Part shown: piece after piece, positions 49,184-58,160 of the stretch
Numbering within the stretch: position 1 is the first letter of the stretch
Layout: each line of letters starts with the position of its first letter
Assembly: GCA_020722725.1 (NCBI GenBank)
Contig: DYKG01000007.1
Coordinates: 1,181 to 65,180, forward strand
DNA: 64,000 nt
Direction: 5' to 3'
Origin: Candidatus Methylomirabilis sp.
Lineage (GTDB): Bacteria > Muiribacteriota > Ozemobacteria > Ozemobacterales > Ozemobacteraceae
Notes under the pieces: generated by a model
Databases searched by the model: none
The model's input: the letters and a program-made list of their open reading frames with translations, nothing else
Told to the model about the DNA's origin: nothing
Program-made: the position numbers and the translations under genes

Positions 49184-50159
49184 GTTGCTGCAGATTCAGC
49201 AGAAGTTTGAATTCCTTTAAATCGTCTGTACAGATAATCCTACCATCCATTGTACCGATTAAAAGAGTATTTTTTTTTGTTACCAAAAATGATTTGGCTG
49301 CAATTTCAGGAAAGCGGCTGATCTCACGGCCAGTGCCTTTTTTTTCATCTAGTTCCCAGAGGCCGAACTGGCCACCAGCAATCAACTTTTGCCTGAATTT
49401 TGTCAGAAAATATATTTCACCGTAGGTATTTCGAACTGGTACCGGTTGCTTTTGCGACTTCATAACAAAAACGCCTCTCGATGTCGTGCCGATATATAAA
49501 AGGTCTTTGGTTGCCGGATAAAGAAAATTTGCTCCTTCGCCCAGACCAGCCGAAACTGGCTGCCATGAATTATTACCGAGGGGAGTGAGATAGAGACCGC
49601 AGTTAGTGGCCAGACAGATACTCGAGTTCCATTCCTTGATGTCGTTTACCCAGGAAAGATGCTGCAAAGTTCGATTGCTGACCGGTTCCCAGGCTGAGGT
49701 CTCCGTGTTGAGAACAGCAGTTCCGCTGCCTACTGAGCCGATAAAAATTTTCCCGTTGCTCGCTGCAAATAAAGCATGCAGGCGATCAAAGCCGGGCAAC
49801 TGGCTTAACGGCTCAAGGGCCTTTTTTTCAAGGTTCAGGCACTCGCATCCGCCGCCGGCAGTGGCAATGAAAAGTCTTTTTCCCAATAGCATCAGATTAC
49901 TGATCATCGGGTAGGGGTTTTCGCCCTGGCTTACCTCAAATTTTTTTATCTGCCCGTCGCGGTATTGCCATAAACCCATGCCGAAAGTGCCGACCCAGAT
50001 GTTGCCCTGGTCGTCTTCTACCATATCGCGAATGGTAAAATTCTCGTAGCAGACGTTGACTTCCGCGGCCAGGGCAGTTGGCAGCAGAAGAATCAATGAT
50101 GTCAGAAAAATTTTAATAATAGTTGTCGTATGGCGTACAGAAAGACGATGAAGCGGCAT
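49167..50159 (-). CDS. Secreted beta-propeller protein with Reg_prop-like repeats; a paralog of 43802..44815.
   Basis: Signal-anchor TTTIIKIFLTSLILLLPTALAA. Repeats NIWVGTFGMGLWQY and others. Confidence 0.5.
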   Translation of the reverse strand: MPLHRLSVRHTTTIIKIFLTSLILLLPTALAAEVNVCYENFTIRDMVEDDQGNIWVGTFGMGLWQYRDGQIKKFEVSQGENPYPMISNLMLLGKRLFIATAGGGCECLNLEKKALEPLSQLPGFDRLHALFAASNGKIFIGSVGSGTAVLNTETSAWEPVSNRTLQHLSWVNDIKEWNSSICLATNCGLYLTPLGNNSWQPVSAGLGEGANFLYPATKDLLYIGTTSRGVFVMKSQKQPVPVRNTYGEIYFLTKFRQKLIAGGQFGLWELDEKKGTGREISRFPEIAAKSFLVTKKNTLLIGTMDGRIICTDDLKEFKLLLNLQQHAAEE

Positions 50160-50246
50160 AATTTTTTGTCATCCTCACTTATCTTACGTATTGAGCGGAC
50201 AAAATGTTTCAAAACGATTTGAGTTTTTTTATAATTCTGGTGTATC

Positions 50247-50275
50247 TTGACACTGTCCGGGGGGTGTGCTAATAT
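50247..50275 (+). promoter_or_regulatory. Near-consensus sigma70 promoter upstream of hpf.
   Basis: TTGACA (50247..50252), a 17-nt spacer, then TAATAT (50270..50275), about 60 nt upstream of the hpf ATG. A GGAGG SD is in the leader. Confidence 0.55.
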
Positions 50276-50333
50276 TTGTCACCCCGTATTTCAAGGGAAA
50301 TGCGCCTATTCCTCATCATTCGGAGGCATTTTT

Positions 50334-50921
50334 ATGCAATTTGTTATCAAGGGAAAAAATCTCCAGCTGACTCAGGCTCTCAAAGAATACGCCGAAAAGA
50401 AGCTGGCAAGCATCAAGAAGTATTTCGATCATATCATCGAAGTTGATGTAACCCTTTCAGTGAAGGATTCAAAAGATCAGAGCAAAAGCCGGGTTTGCGA
50501 AGTAACCGTATGGGCAAAATCAATCGGCACCCCAATCCATGGAAAGCAGGCTTCTGAAGATCTCTACGCCTCAATCGACATGGTTGCCGAAAAAATTGAA
50601 CGGCAGCTCAAAAAATTCAAGGAAAAGAAAACTGATCGTCGCCGCGGCAAAGGCGAATATATCCAGGGAACCCATTCCATCATCTCTTTCTCCGAAGGTG
50701 TTGCCGAAACCCCGGAAGGACAGGAACCTCAAGAAATCAGACCAAAAATTGTCCGCAGCGGAACTTTCCCGATGCGCCCCATGTATTCTGACGAAGCAGC
50801 TGAACAGCTTGAACTCTTCAAGCAGGATTTCTTCGTATTCTCTAATGCTGAAACCAACAAAATCAACGTGATTTACCGCCGCAATGACGGTAATTTCGGC
50901 CTGATTGAGCCAGAATACTGA
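50334..50921 (+). CDS. hpf: Ribosome hibernation-promoting factor (long form).
   Basis: MQFVIKGKNLQLTQALKEYAEKKLASIKKYFDHIIEVDVTLS (S30EA/RaiA fold), plus a C-terminal dimerisation domain (KINVIYRRNDGNFGLIEP). Confidence 0.85.
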   Translation: MQFVIKGKNLQLTQALKEYAEKKLASIKKYFDHIIEVDVTLSVKDSKDQSKSRVCEVTVWAKSIGTPIHGKQASEDLYASIDMVAEKIERQLKKFKEKKTDRRRGKGEYIQGTHSIISFSEGVAETPEGQEPQEIRPKIVRSGTFPMRPMYSDEAAEQLELFKQDFFVFSNAETNKINVIYRRNDGNFGLIEPEY

Positions 50922-50969
50922 CCTGAAAATATATAAAATTTCAGCCCCTGACGGGATGCAGGAGGAGTT

Positions 50970-51425
50970 TTGGAACTAAGCGAATTTATATCACCCCGGC
51001 TGACCAAGTTGGAATTGAGTTCCACCACGAAGCTCGACGCCATAAAAGAGCTTATAGATATGCTCGATACAGCTGGCTATCTCAATGATGCCGAAGCGTT
51101 TCTGAAATCAGTTCTTGAAAGAGAAAAAGTCGGTTCAACCGGTATCGGAAAAGGCATTGCAATTCCCCATTCCCGTACCTCGACAGTGCGTGAAGTTGTT
51201 GTTGCTATTGGCCGATCCAGGCTCGGTATTGAATTCGAAGCACTGGATAACCGCCCGGTGCATCTGATCTTTCTGATTGCCGCGCCTATTGAATCCGGTG
51301 GCCTTTATCTTAAGGCTTTGGCCAGACTTTCAAGGCTTCTGCGCTATCAGGAATTCAGAAACGAGCTGATGGAATCTGAGACAGTCGAAGAAGTTTTAAA
51401 GATTATTTCGGCCGAAGAGAAGTAA
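50970..51425 (+). CDS. ptsN: PTS EIIA-Ntr-type regulatory protein.
   Basis: PTS_EIIA_2 fold with the phospho-His motif GKGIAIPHSRT. Confidence 0.75.
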   Translation: MELSEFISPRLTKLELSSTTKLDAIKELIDMLDTAGYLNDAEAFLKSVLEREKVGSTGIGKGIAIPHSRTSTVREVVVAIGRSRLGIEFEALDNRPVHLIFLIAAPIESGGLYLKALARLSRLLRYQEFRNELMESETVEEVLKIISAEEK

Positions 51426-51432
51426 GCTTAAT

Positions 51433-51505
51433 CAGGGCAGATTGCCCTTGTTGTTTTGAATCATACAGGCGCAGCCTTGAAAGCAGGGCCGCGCCTTGAT
51501 TTTTT
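51433..51505 (+). terminator. Two tandem rho-independent terminators after ptsN.
   Basis: A hairpin AGGGCA-GAT-TGCCCT (51433..51447) is followed by a TGTTGTTTTG run. A GC-rich hairpin AGGCGCAGCC...GGCCGCGCCT (51466..51496) is followed by a TGATTTTTTG run. Confidence 0.55.
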
Positions 51506-51519
51506 GAAAGGGGTCAGGC

Positions 51520-54282
51520 ATGTTCGACTGGCTTTTTAAATTCATCAGATTTTTCATTCCCGATTTTAATGCCCGTGAATTGAACCGGCTCGACAATATT
51601 CTTGAAGAAGTCAACGAGCTTGAAGAACGCTATAAGGCAATGAGCGATTCAGAGCTTGCCGGAATGACGCAGAAATTTCGTCAGCGTCTTTTCAAGGGTG
51701 AAACCCTCGAAAATATTCGCTCAGAGGCTTTTGCTACCGTCAGAGAAGCTGCCCGCCGGGTTTTGAACATGCGCCATTATGATGTTCAGATTATTGGTGG
51801 TTGTGCTCTTCACGAAGGCCGCATCGTCGAAATGAAAACCGGTGAAGGTAAAACCCTGGTTGCCACCCTTCCTCTTTATCTCAATGCCCTTGAACTGAAC
51901 CCCGAATGGGAAAAGCTGGCAAGAGAGCAGGGTGTAACTGAATTTGTACCTCTGGTAAACAGCAATGGCCTGAAAGTTCCGGTTGGCCGGGGTGCTCAGC
52001 TGATCACGGTTAACGATTATCTGGCGCGCCGCGACTCTGAATGGATGGGAAAGGTCTTTCGCTTTCTCGGTCTGACGGTTGGGCTGAACATTCACGGTTT
52101 AAACGCCGAACAGAAGCGTGTCGCTTACGCATCAGATATTACCTACGGCACCAATAACGAATTCGGCTTCGATTATCTGCGCGACAATATGGCACTCAGC
52201 CTTGCTGAATGCACCCAGCGCAGCGATTACAATTTTGCTATCGTTGACGAAGTTGACTCGATTCTTATTGATGAAGCTCGAACCCCGTTGATTATTTCAG
52301 GGCCCGCAGAAAAAGCCACCTCTCTTTATTTCGTCTATGCCCGTGTGGCCCGTGACATACTCAAGAACGAAATGGATTATATTGTTGACGAAAAGCACCA
52401 GGGTGTTTCCATCACCGAATCTGGTATCGCCAAGGTTGAAAAAGCCCTGGGGCTAGAAAATCTTTATGATAATAACAATATGGACCACGTGCACCAGCTG
52501 CAGAATGCGCTGAAAGCCAAGCATTTCTTCCACCGCGACAAAGAATATATCGTCAGACCCCGCGAAGACGGGCGTGGCCAGGAAGTGGTTATCGTCGATG
52601 AGTTCACCGGTCGTCTGATGTTTGGTCGGCGCTATTCCGATGGCCTTCACCAGGCAATTGAAGCAAAAGAAGGCGTTGCTATTCAGCAGGAAAACCAGAC
52701 CCTTGCTTCAATCACTTTTCAGAATTACTTTCGCCTTTATCGCAAACTCGCCGGCATGACCGGTACTGCTGAAACCGAAGCCAAAGAATTCAAAGAAATT
52801 TATAAATGCGAAGTCATTGTTATACCGTCAAATAAACCCTGCATCAGAAACGATCTTTCTGACGTGATCTTCAAAACGGTTGCCGAAAAATTTGAGGCGA
52901 TCGTTGAAAACATTATTGAAATTCACGAAAGAAAGCAGCCAGTGCTTGTCGGCACCATTTCTATCGAAAAAAGTGAATTGATCGCGGAGATGCTGCGCCG
53001 ACGCGGTATCAAGTGCGAAGTTCTCAACGCCAAATACCACGAACGCGAAGCAGAAATCGTTGCCCAGGCTGGTAGAGAAGGGGCGATTACAATTGCCACC
53101 AATATGGCGGGTCGCGGAACAGACATTTTGCTCGGTGGTAATCCTGAAATGCTCGCCAAAAAAGAAGTTGATGATGTTGACGATCCTGAATTCAAGCAGG
53201 TGCTTGAAAAATACCGCAAAATCTGTGAAGAAGAGAAACAGAGAGTCATCGCTGCCGGTGGGCTTTTTATTCTTGGCACTGAAAGGCATGAATCCAGGCG
53301 TATCGATAACCAGCTGCGCGGTCGTGCCGGTCGACAGGGTGATCCCGGGGCCAGCCAGTTCTATCTTTCACTTGAAGACGATCTTATGCGACTGTTTGGC
53401 TCGGTCAACATTTCCGGCTGGATGGAAAAACTCGGCTGGGAAAGAGGCGAACCGATTGAGCACCCGTGGATCAGCCGCTCGATTGAAAGTGCCCAGCGCA
53501 AAGTCGAAGCTTATCATTTTGATGTGCGCAAACAGGTGCTGAAATACGACGATGTGATGAACCAGCAGCGTATGGTCATCTACCAGGAACGTCGCAAAGC
53601 CCTTGAACAGGAAAAGATTCACGACGACATTCTCACGATGATCGATGAACTTCTGCATAAACTGATCGATACTGAGCTAAACCCGGCAGTTGATGCAGAT
53701 GAACACGATTATAACGCGCTTGCCGACAATGTGAAAAAGATTTTCCCCATTGAAGTTGAAGGCGGTGACCAGCGCAATGGCAAGCATGGTCAGCTCTGTA
53801 CTTATTCTCGTGATGAGCTGTTCGAAGAATTGAAAAAGCGGGTTACGCTCAAACTCGAAGAAAAGCGAAAAGAACTTGGCGATGCCAATTTCCTGAACAT
53901 GGAAAAATTTCTGTTGCTGCAGATCGTCGATGGCAAATGGAAAGATCATCTACAGAACATGGATAACCTGCAGGATGGCATTCATCTGCGCTCATGGGGC
54001 CAGCGCGACCCGCTGGTAGAGTATAAGATCGAGGGCTTTCAGATGTTTCAAAACATGATCGAGGGCATCAAAGAAGACGTTGTCTATTATCTTTACCGCA
54101 TTTCTTATTCGCGCGCCGAAGAAGAAGCGTTTGAAAAGCATGAACAGGAAGTCTATTACAATCGCAGCGATGAAGAAGGCGGGCCTGCTCAGCCGACCCG
54201 CGCCGATGAATCAACCGTTGGTCGCAATGATTCCTGCCCCTGCGGCAGCGGCAAAAAATACAAAAAGTGCTGCGGTCGATAG
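51520..54282 (+). CDS. secA: Preprotein translocase ATPase SecA.
   Basis: Full-length SecA homology (MKTGEGKTLVATLP, DEVDSILIDEARTPLIISG, TNMAGRGTDI) and a C-terminal zinc site CPCGSGKKYKKCCG. Confidence 0.9.
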   Translation: MFDWLFKFIRFFIPDFNARELNRLDNILEEVNELEERYKAMSDSELAGMTQKFRQRLFKGETLENIRSEAFATVREAARRVLNMRHYDVQIIGGCALHEGRIVEMKTGEGKTLVATLPLYLNALELNPEWEKLAREQGVTEFVPLVNSNGLKVPVGRGAQLITVNDYLARRDSEWMGKVFRFLGLTVGLNIHGLNAEQKRVAYASDITYGTNNEFGFDYLRDNMALSLAECTQRSDYNFAIVDEVDSILIDEARTPLIISGPAEKATSLYFVYARVARDILKNEMDYIVDEKHQGVSITESGIAKVEKALGLENLYDNNNMDHVHQLQNALKAKHFFHRDKEYIVRPREDGRGQEVVIVDEFTGRLMFGRRYSDGLHQAIEAKEGVAIQQENQTLASITFQNYFRLYRKLAGMTGTAETEAKEFKEIYKCEVIVIPSNKPCIRNDLSDVIFKTVAEKFEAIVENIIEIHERKQPVLVGTISIEKSELIAEMLRRRGIKCEVLNAKYHEREAEIVAQAGREGAITIATNMAGRGTDILLGGNPEMLAKKEVDDVDDPEFKQVLEKYRKICEEEKQRVIAAGGLFILGTERHESRRIDNQLRGRAGRQGDPGASQFYLSLEDDLMRLFGSVNISGWMEKLGWERGEPIEHPWISRSIESAQRKVEAYHFDVRKQVLKYDDVMNQQRMVIYQERRKALEQEKIHDDILTMIDELLHKLIDTELNPAVDADEHDYNALADNVKKIFPIEVEGGDQRNGKHGQLCTYSRDELFEELKKRVTLKLEEKRKELGDANFLNMEKFLLLQIVDGKWKDHLQNMDNLQDGIHLRSWGQRDPLVEYKIEGFQMFQNMIEGIKEDVVYYLYRISYSRAEEEAFEKHEQEVYYNRSDEEGGPAQPTRADESTVGRNDSCPCGSGKKYKKCCGR

Positions 54283-54317
54283 TTTTCGTTTAAGTGAATC
54301 TTGCCTGTGGTGGTTTT

Positions 54318-54788
54318 ATGAATTCAGGCGGCAGAAAAGCGATTTCTCTGGTTGAAGTGCTGATTGCGATGGCGATTCTTTCGACCCTTGCTTTGCCGAT
54401 GGGCATGTTTCTGGTGGAATACGCCCGCGGCAGCTCGCAGCTCGGCGACTATTACCAGATTCTCAACATGGTTGAGCAACGCCTCGAAATTGCCATGGAT
54501 ATGCCGTTTGCCCGCGTTCCCGAGGGAACTGCAACCAATCTGCTGATTGATAACCCTTTTGGTGCCGATCTAGACCTTCGTTCTGCCGAAATTAACAAAG
54601 AACTGGTAAAGTTCAGTCTGCAGGTCGAAACCCTGCCGGTAGAGTTTGCCGCATTCAAAGATTCCTTTTCCGGGCAATTACAGAGGGCAAGAGTGGAAGA
54701 TGGCATGAAACGCCTCGAATTGACAGCTTCATGGGGTAATAAGGGGCAGCATCGCATCAATCTGGTTGCCTACCGGGGGAATCTATGA
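54318..54788 (+). CDS. Type IV pilin / pseudopilin-like protein (paralog of 40391..41329).
   Basis: MNSGGRKA|ISLVEVLIAMAILSTLALP: a prepilin-type N-terminus with Glu at +5. Confidence 0.6.
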   Translation: MNSGGRKAISLVEVLIAMAILSTLALPMGMFLVEYARGSSQLGDYYQILNMVEQRLEIAMDMPFARVPEGTATNLLIDNPFGADLDLRSAEINKELVKFSLQVETLPVEFAAFKDSFSGQLQRARVEDGMKRLELTASWGNKGQHRINLVAYRGNL

Positions 54789-55246
54789 GTAGATTCAACC
54801 GCCGCGGTATCGCGATGCCGATTATCATGGGTCTGGTTCTCTGCATTGCCATCTGGATAGCCTCCCTGGCCTGGACCATGACCAACAGCCGCAGTCAGTA
54901 TCAGAAGATAATCAAGAGCCGCCAGGCCAATTTCATGGCCAGGTCGGCTTTTCAGCACTTTTTTCTCAAGCTCAGAACCATGCAGCGCCTCTGCCCTGAG
55001 TCGATTAAAGCTCTTGAAGATGCCACGGTTGACGAAAAAAGGCTGCTGCATGGTATTTTTGTTGAAGATATTATTGTTCCTGCAGATGACAAATTCACCG
55101 GTGACAAGTTATCCTATAAGGTCAGCGATTTTAAGTTCGTGTCAATCGACTATGAAAAATCGCTGGTAACAGTTGAAGTAAACACCGAAGGCAATTACGG
55201 TGGTGAAAAAAGTTTGTTGAAAAGGCTGGTGCGCGTAAGTCGCTGA
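54785..55246 (+). CDS. PilX-like minor pilin (paralog of 39517..40398).
   Basis: NRRGIAMPIIMGLVLCIAIW hydrophobic N-terminus, then SRQANFMARSAFQHFFLKL, closely paralleling RDQQAYFAARAAMQHFLLKA in the other cassette. ATGA overlap with the upstream pilin gene. Confidence 0.45.
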   Translation: MSRFNRRGIAMPIIMGLVLCIAIWIASLAWTMTNSRSQYQKIIKSRQANFMARSAFQHFFLKLRTMQRLCPESIKALEDATVDEKRLLHGIFVEDIIVPADDKFTGDKLSYKVSDFKFVSIDYEKSLVTVEVNTEGNYGGEKSLLKRLVRVSR

Positions 55247-55272
55247 GCCTTACCATTTCAGGAGGTTATAAC

Positions 55273-56401
55273 GTGGAATACGAACTCGTAGAAAAAATTC
55301 GCGAAATGAAAACACGTCTCTCCGGCATCGGGAGCCATCTTTGACGTCTCCAACAAGCGCCGGGAGATCGAAGAGCTCGAATCGGTAACATTAAACCCGA
55401 ATTTCTGGAATGATCGCAACCGGGCCCAGACAATCTCGCAAAAGATTGCTGAGCTTAAGAGGTCTTGCGATCTTTTCGAATCTGTAATGACCGAACTCAG
55501 CGATACGATTGAGTTAATGGAAATGACCGAAGCAGAGGGGGATGACGCCTCATTCAATCAGCTGGTCAGCCAGCTTGACCCGATCGGCCAGAAAATTGAC
55601 GGGCTTGAGCTGACCACTTTCCTTTCAGAGCCTTATGATGCTTCAGATACATATCTTTCCATTAAACCAGGTGCCGGTGGCACCGAATCGTCAGACTGGG
55701 CTTCGATGTTGTATCGCATGTATTTGCGCTATGTCGAGGCTGCCGGGTTCAAATATGAAGTTCTCGATCTACAGGATGAAGAACACGGCATCAAGGCTGC
55801 AACCATTCTGGTGAAGGGGAGCTATGCATACGGTTATCTTAAGGGCGAAAAAGGTGTTCATCGACTGGTAAGAATTTCACCGTTCGACTCTAATGCCCGC
55901 CGCCATACCAGTTTTACGGCGGTTGACGTTCTGCCGGTTCTGCCCGATGACATTGATATTGAAGTTCGCGACGATGACATCAAGCTTGATTTCTTCAGAA
56001 GCTCGGGTGCCGGTGGTCAGCATGTTAACAAAACCAGCAGCGCCGTTCGTATTACCCATTTTCCGAGCGGAATTGTGGTTGCCTGTCAGATTGAGCGCAG
56101 TCAGCATGCAAACCGTGAGGTGGCGCTGAAAATGCTGAAGGCAAAACTGTATGAACAGCAGCAGGAAGAACAGAAAAAACATTTGAAAAGCATTCAGGGC
56201 GAGCAGAAAAATATTTCCTGGGGCAGCCAGATCAGATCATACGTTTTCTGCCCATACACTCTGGTGAAAGACCTTCGAACCGGTCAACAGACTTCAGATG
56301 TGCGAAGAGTAATGGATGGAGATCTCGAACCATTTGTAAAAGCCTATCTTAAATGGCATGCCAACGGCGAAAAGCCGATGAATGTAAGTGAAGACGATTG
56401 A
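55273..56401 (+). CDS. prfB: Peptide chain release factor 2, expressed through a programmed +1 ribosomal frameshift.
   Basis: A GTG start at 55273 lies downstream of a GGAGG SD. Frame 0 reads VEYELVEKIREMKTRLSGIGSHL, then the TGA at 55342 in the classic CTT TGA C context, with an SD-like GGGAG three nt upstream. The +1 frame continues DVSNKRREIEELE... into the 55487..56401 ORF, which carries the SPF and GGQ motifs. Confidence 0.85.
55339..55345 (+). other. prfB +1 frameshift site (CUU UGA C).
   Basis: CTT TGA C with the internal SD-like GGGAGC at 55330..55335. Confidence 0.8.
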
Positions 56402-56409
56402 GGTGAAAA

Positions 56410-58152
56410 ATGGCCGGTGAAAAAGTAATGATTCGACGCAGTGGCAGTGCGATGTTTCTGCTGCTCACCGTCGTCGGCGTTCTTTACATTTTCGGCATGA
56501 TGCTGATCAATTACATGACCCAGGAACGCGGCCAGACCCAGAAACTTGGCGAAAATCTGCAGGCCTACTACCTGGCCGAAGCCGGCGTTGAAAAGGCCAT
56601 GATCAAGGTTCGTGAACTTTTCAGCGAAAAATTGCTCAGCGACGATGGGGCGGTAAACGATAAATTGCTCTCATTGCTCGATATCGACCGCACCGAAAAT
56701 TTCAACCTGATCGTTAAAATCGACGATGAAGAGCTGGTTAAAGGCGGCACCGCCGAGGTGCGGGTTGAAGTTAAAGACCTCAAGCTTACCCCCTTTAAAA
56801 CCTATATCGATGAGTATGAAGAAGTTCCCCCTGAACTGAAAATTTATCGCAAAGAAAATCGCGATACCTATTCAGATAAAGCGCTGGGAGGTTACGAAGG
56901 CCTGCTGCGCTTCGAGGCCATTGGTCGTTATCGAAGCTCTGAAAAAAAACTCGAAGTGATTCGTGAGCTCAAGGTTACCGATCTGACACCCCCCGCAGAA
57001 AATTATACCCTTTTCGTGCAGAGTCGAAATGATGAATATCTGCGCCATGGCGAGTTTCGCTGCCGTAACTGGAGCGTGGTGAGAGCCCTGAAAACTCTAA
57101 TCGACGATCTGGCTGAGGTCACCAGCCACGCTTTTCAGGAAACCATGGGCGCCGGGGCCGGCGACCTCTTCTGGGAACCCAATATGGCAAGCAGCGTAAG
57201 TTTTGAAGGCGAGATTAAACTTCGCACTTTTAAAGTAATCAGAAAGCTGGTAATGTCGGCCAGCGACCTCAAAATCAAAGATTTCGTCGATACTTCGATT
57301 CAGAAACTGCACCCGTATCTCTGGGGCAAAGTCAGAACCAATGGCCGACTGCACGTTTATCTGCCATTTTTTGCCGCTGACGATATCATCAACTATTTCG
57401 AAGACAGCTCGATTTTTTCTCATCAACGTCCCGAAATTGGTTATCTGTTCTGCAGTAATCAGCTTCATGACCCGTATTTGAGCAAATACACCTACTATGA
57501 AGGTGAAATTATCAAATACTATCAAAAATTGAAACCTTATATGATCGGTATTACCGAAACGCCTTATCCAAGCTCTGATCCTTATACGATCAATACCAAG
57601 TTCGATTTTGTTTCCCGACATCCTGACAAGCTTGAACCGCTGCAACTGGCGCGAATTGTTAAAGATGCCAAGAATTACTGCCATGAGTTCCATGAAAAAG
57701 ATCTGCGCATCGAAGGCACTTATTCTCGCCCTGCGTCAGTAATGGGGCTTGTTTATGTGCAGGGTAACGTTTACATCAGCGGCCGCATCAAAGGTCAGGG
57801 CATGATCGTCACTGAGGGTAACATTCACATTAACGGCGATGTGGTTCATGACAGCGCTTCTTCTTTCCTTTCACTGGTTTCCCTTAAAGGCTCGGTTATT
57901 TTGCCCCGCGAAATGCGATCGGCAAAAATTGAAGCTGCCATTTATGCGAAAAACAGCATTGTCGGCGGTGAAAAAGTGAATATTTTTGGCAACCTGGTCG
58001 TCGATACACTGAACCGGCAGAAAGGCGAAGATGGCGAGTTGATCATGCCGAAAAAAGTGGTTATCGATTACGATGCAGCCCTCAAAAGCAATGTGGGCAG
58101 CAATGTGTGCTTCAATATTTCCGATCTGATCACGACTTATCGTGATCTTTAG
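56410..58152 (+). CDS. Large (580 aa) PilX-like minor-pilin / pilus-associated protein.
   Basis: N-terminal RRSGSAMFLLLTVVGVLYIFGMML hydrophobic segment, then LQAYYLAEAGVEKAM (PilX_N-like AxAEAG motif). The rest has no recognisable motifs. Confidence 0.4.
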   Translation: MAGEKVMIRRSGSAMFLLLTVVGVLYIFGMMLINYMTQERGQTQKLGENLQAYYLAEAGVEKAMIKVRELFSEKLLSDDGAVNDKLLSLLDIDRTENFNLIVKIDDEELVKGGTAEVRVEVKDLKLTPFKTYIDEYEEVPPELKIYRKENRDTYSDKALGGYEGLLRFEAIGRYRSSEKKLEVIRELKVTDLTPPAENYTLFVQSRNDEYLRHGEFRCRNWSVVRALKTLIDDLAEVTSHAFQETMGAGAGDLFWEPNMASSVSFEGEIKLRTFKVIRKLVMSASDLKIKDFVDTSIQKLHPYLWGKVRTNGRLHVYLPFFAADDIINYFEDSSIFSHQRPEIGYLFCSNQLHDPYLSKYTYYEGEIIKYYQKLKPYMIGITETPYPSSDPYTINTKFDFVSRHPDKLEPLQLARIVKDAKNYCHEFHEKDLRIEGTYSRPASVMGLVYVQGNVYISGRIKGQGMIVTEGNIHINGDVVHDSASSFLSLVSLKGSVILPREMRSAKIEAAIYAKNSIVGGEKVNIFGNLVVDTLNRQKGEDGELIMPKKVVIDYDAALKSNVGSNVCFNISDLITTYRDL

Positions 58153-58160
58153 AAGAAGGC

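Noticed and set aside
55870-55900. GTTCGACTC, a tRNA T-loop-like sequence.
   Set aside because: It lies inside the prfB coding frame, with no acceptor stem or anticodon-arm complement around it. No convincing tRNA or rRNA was found anywhere in the window.
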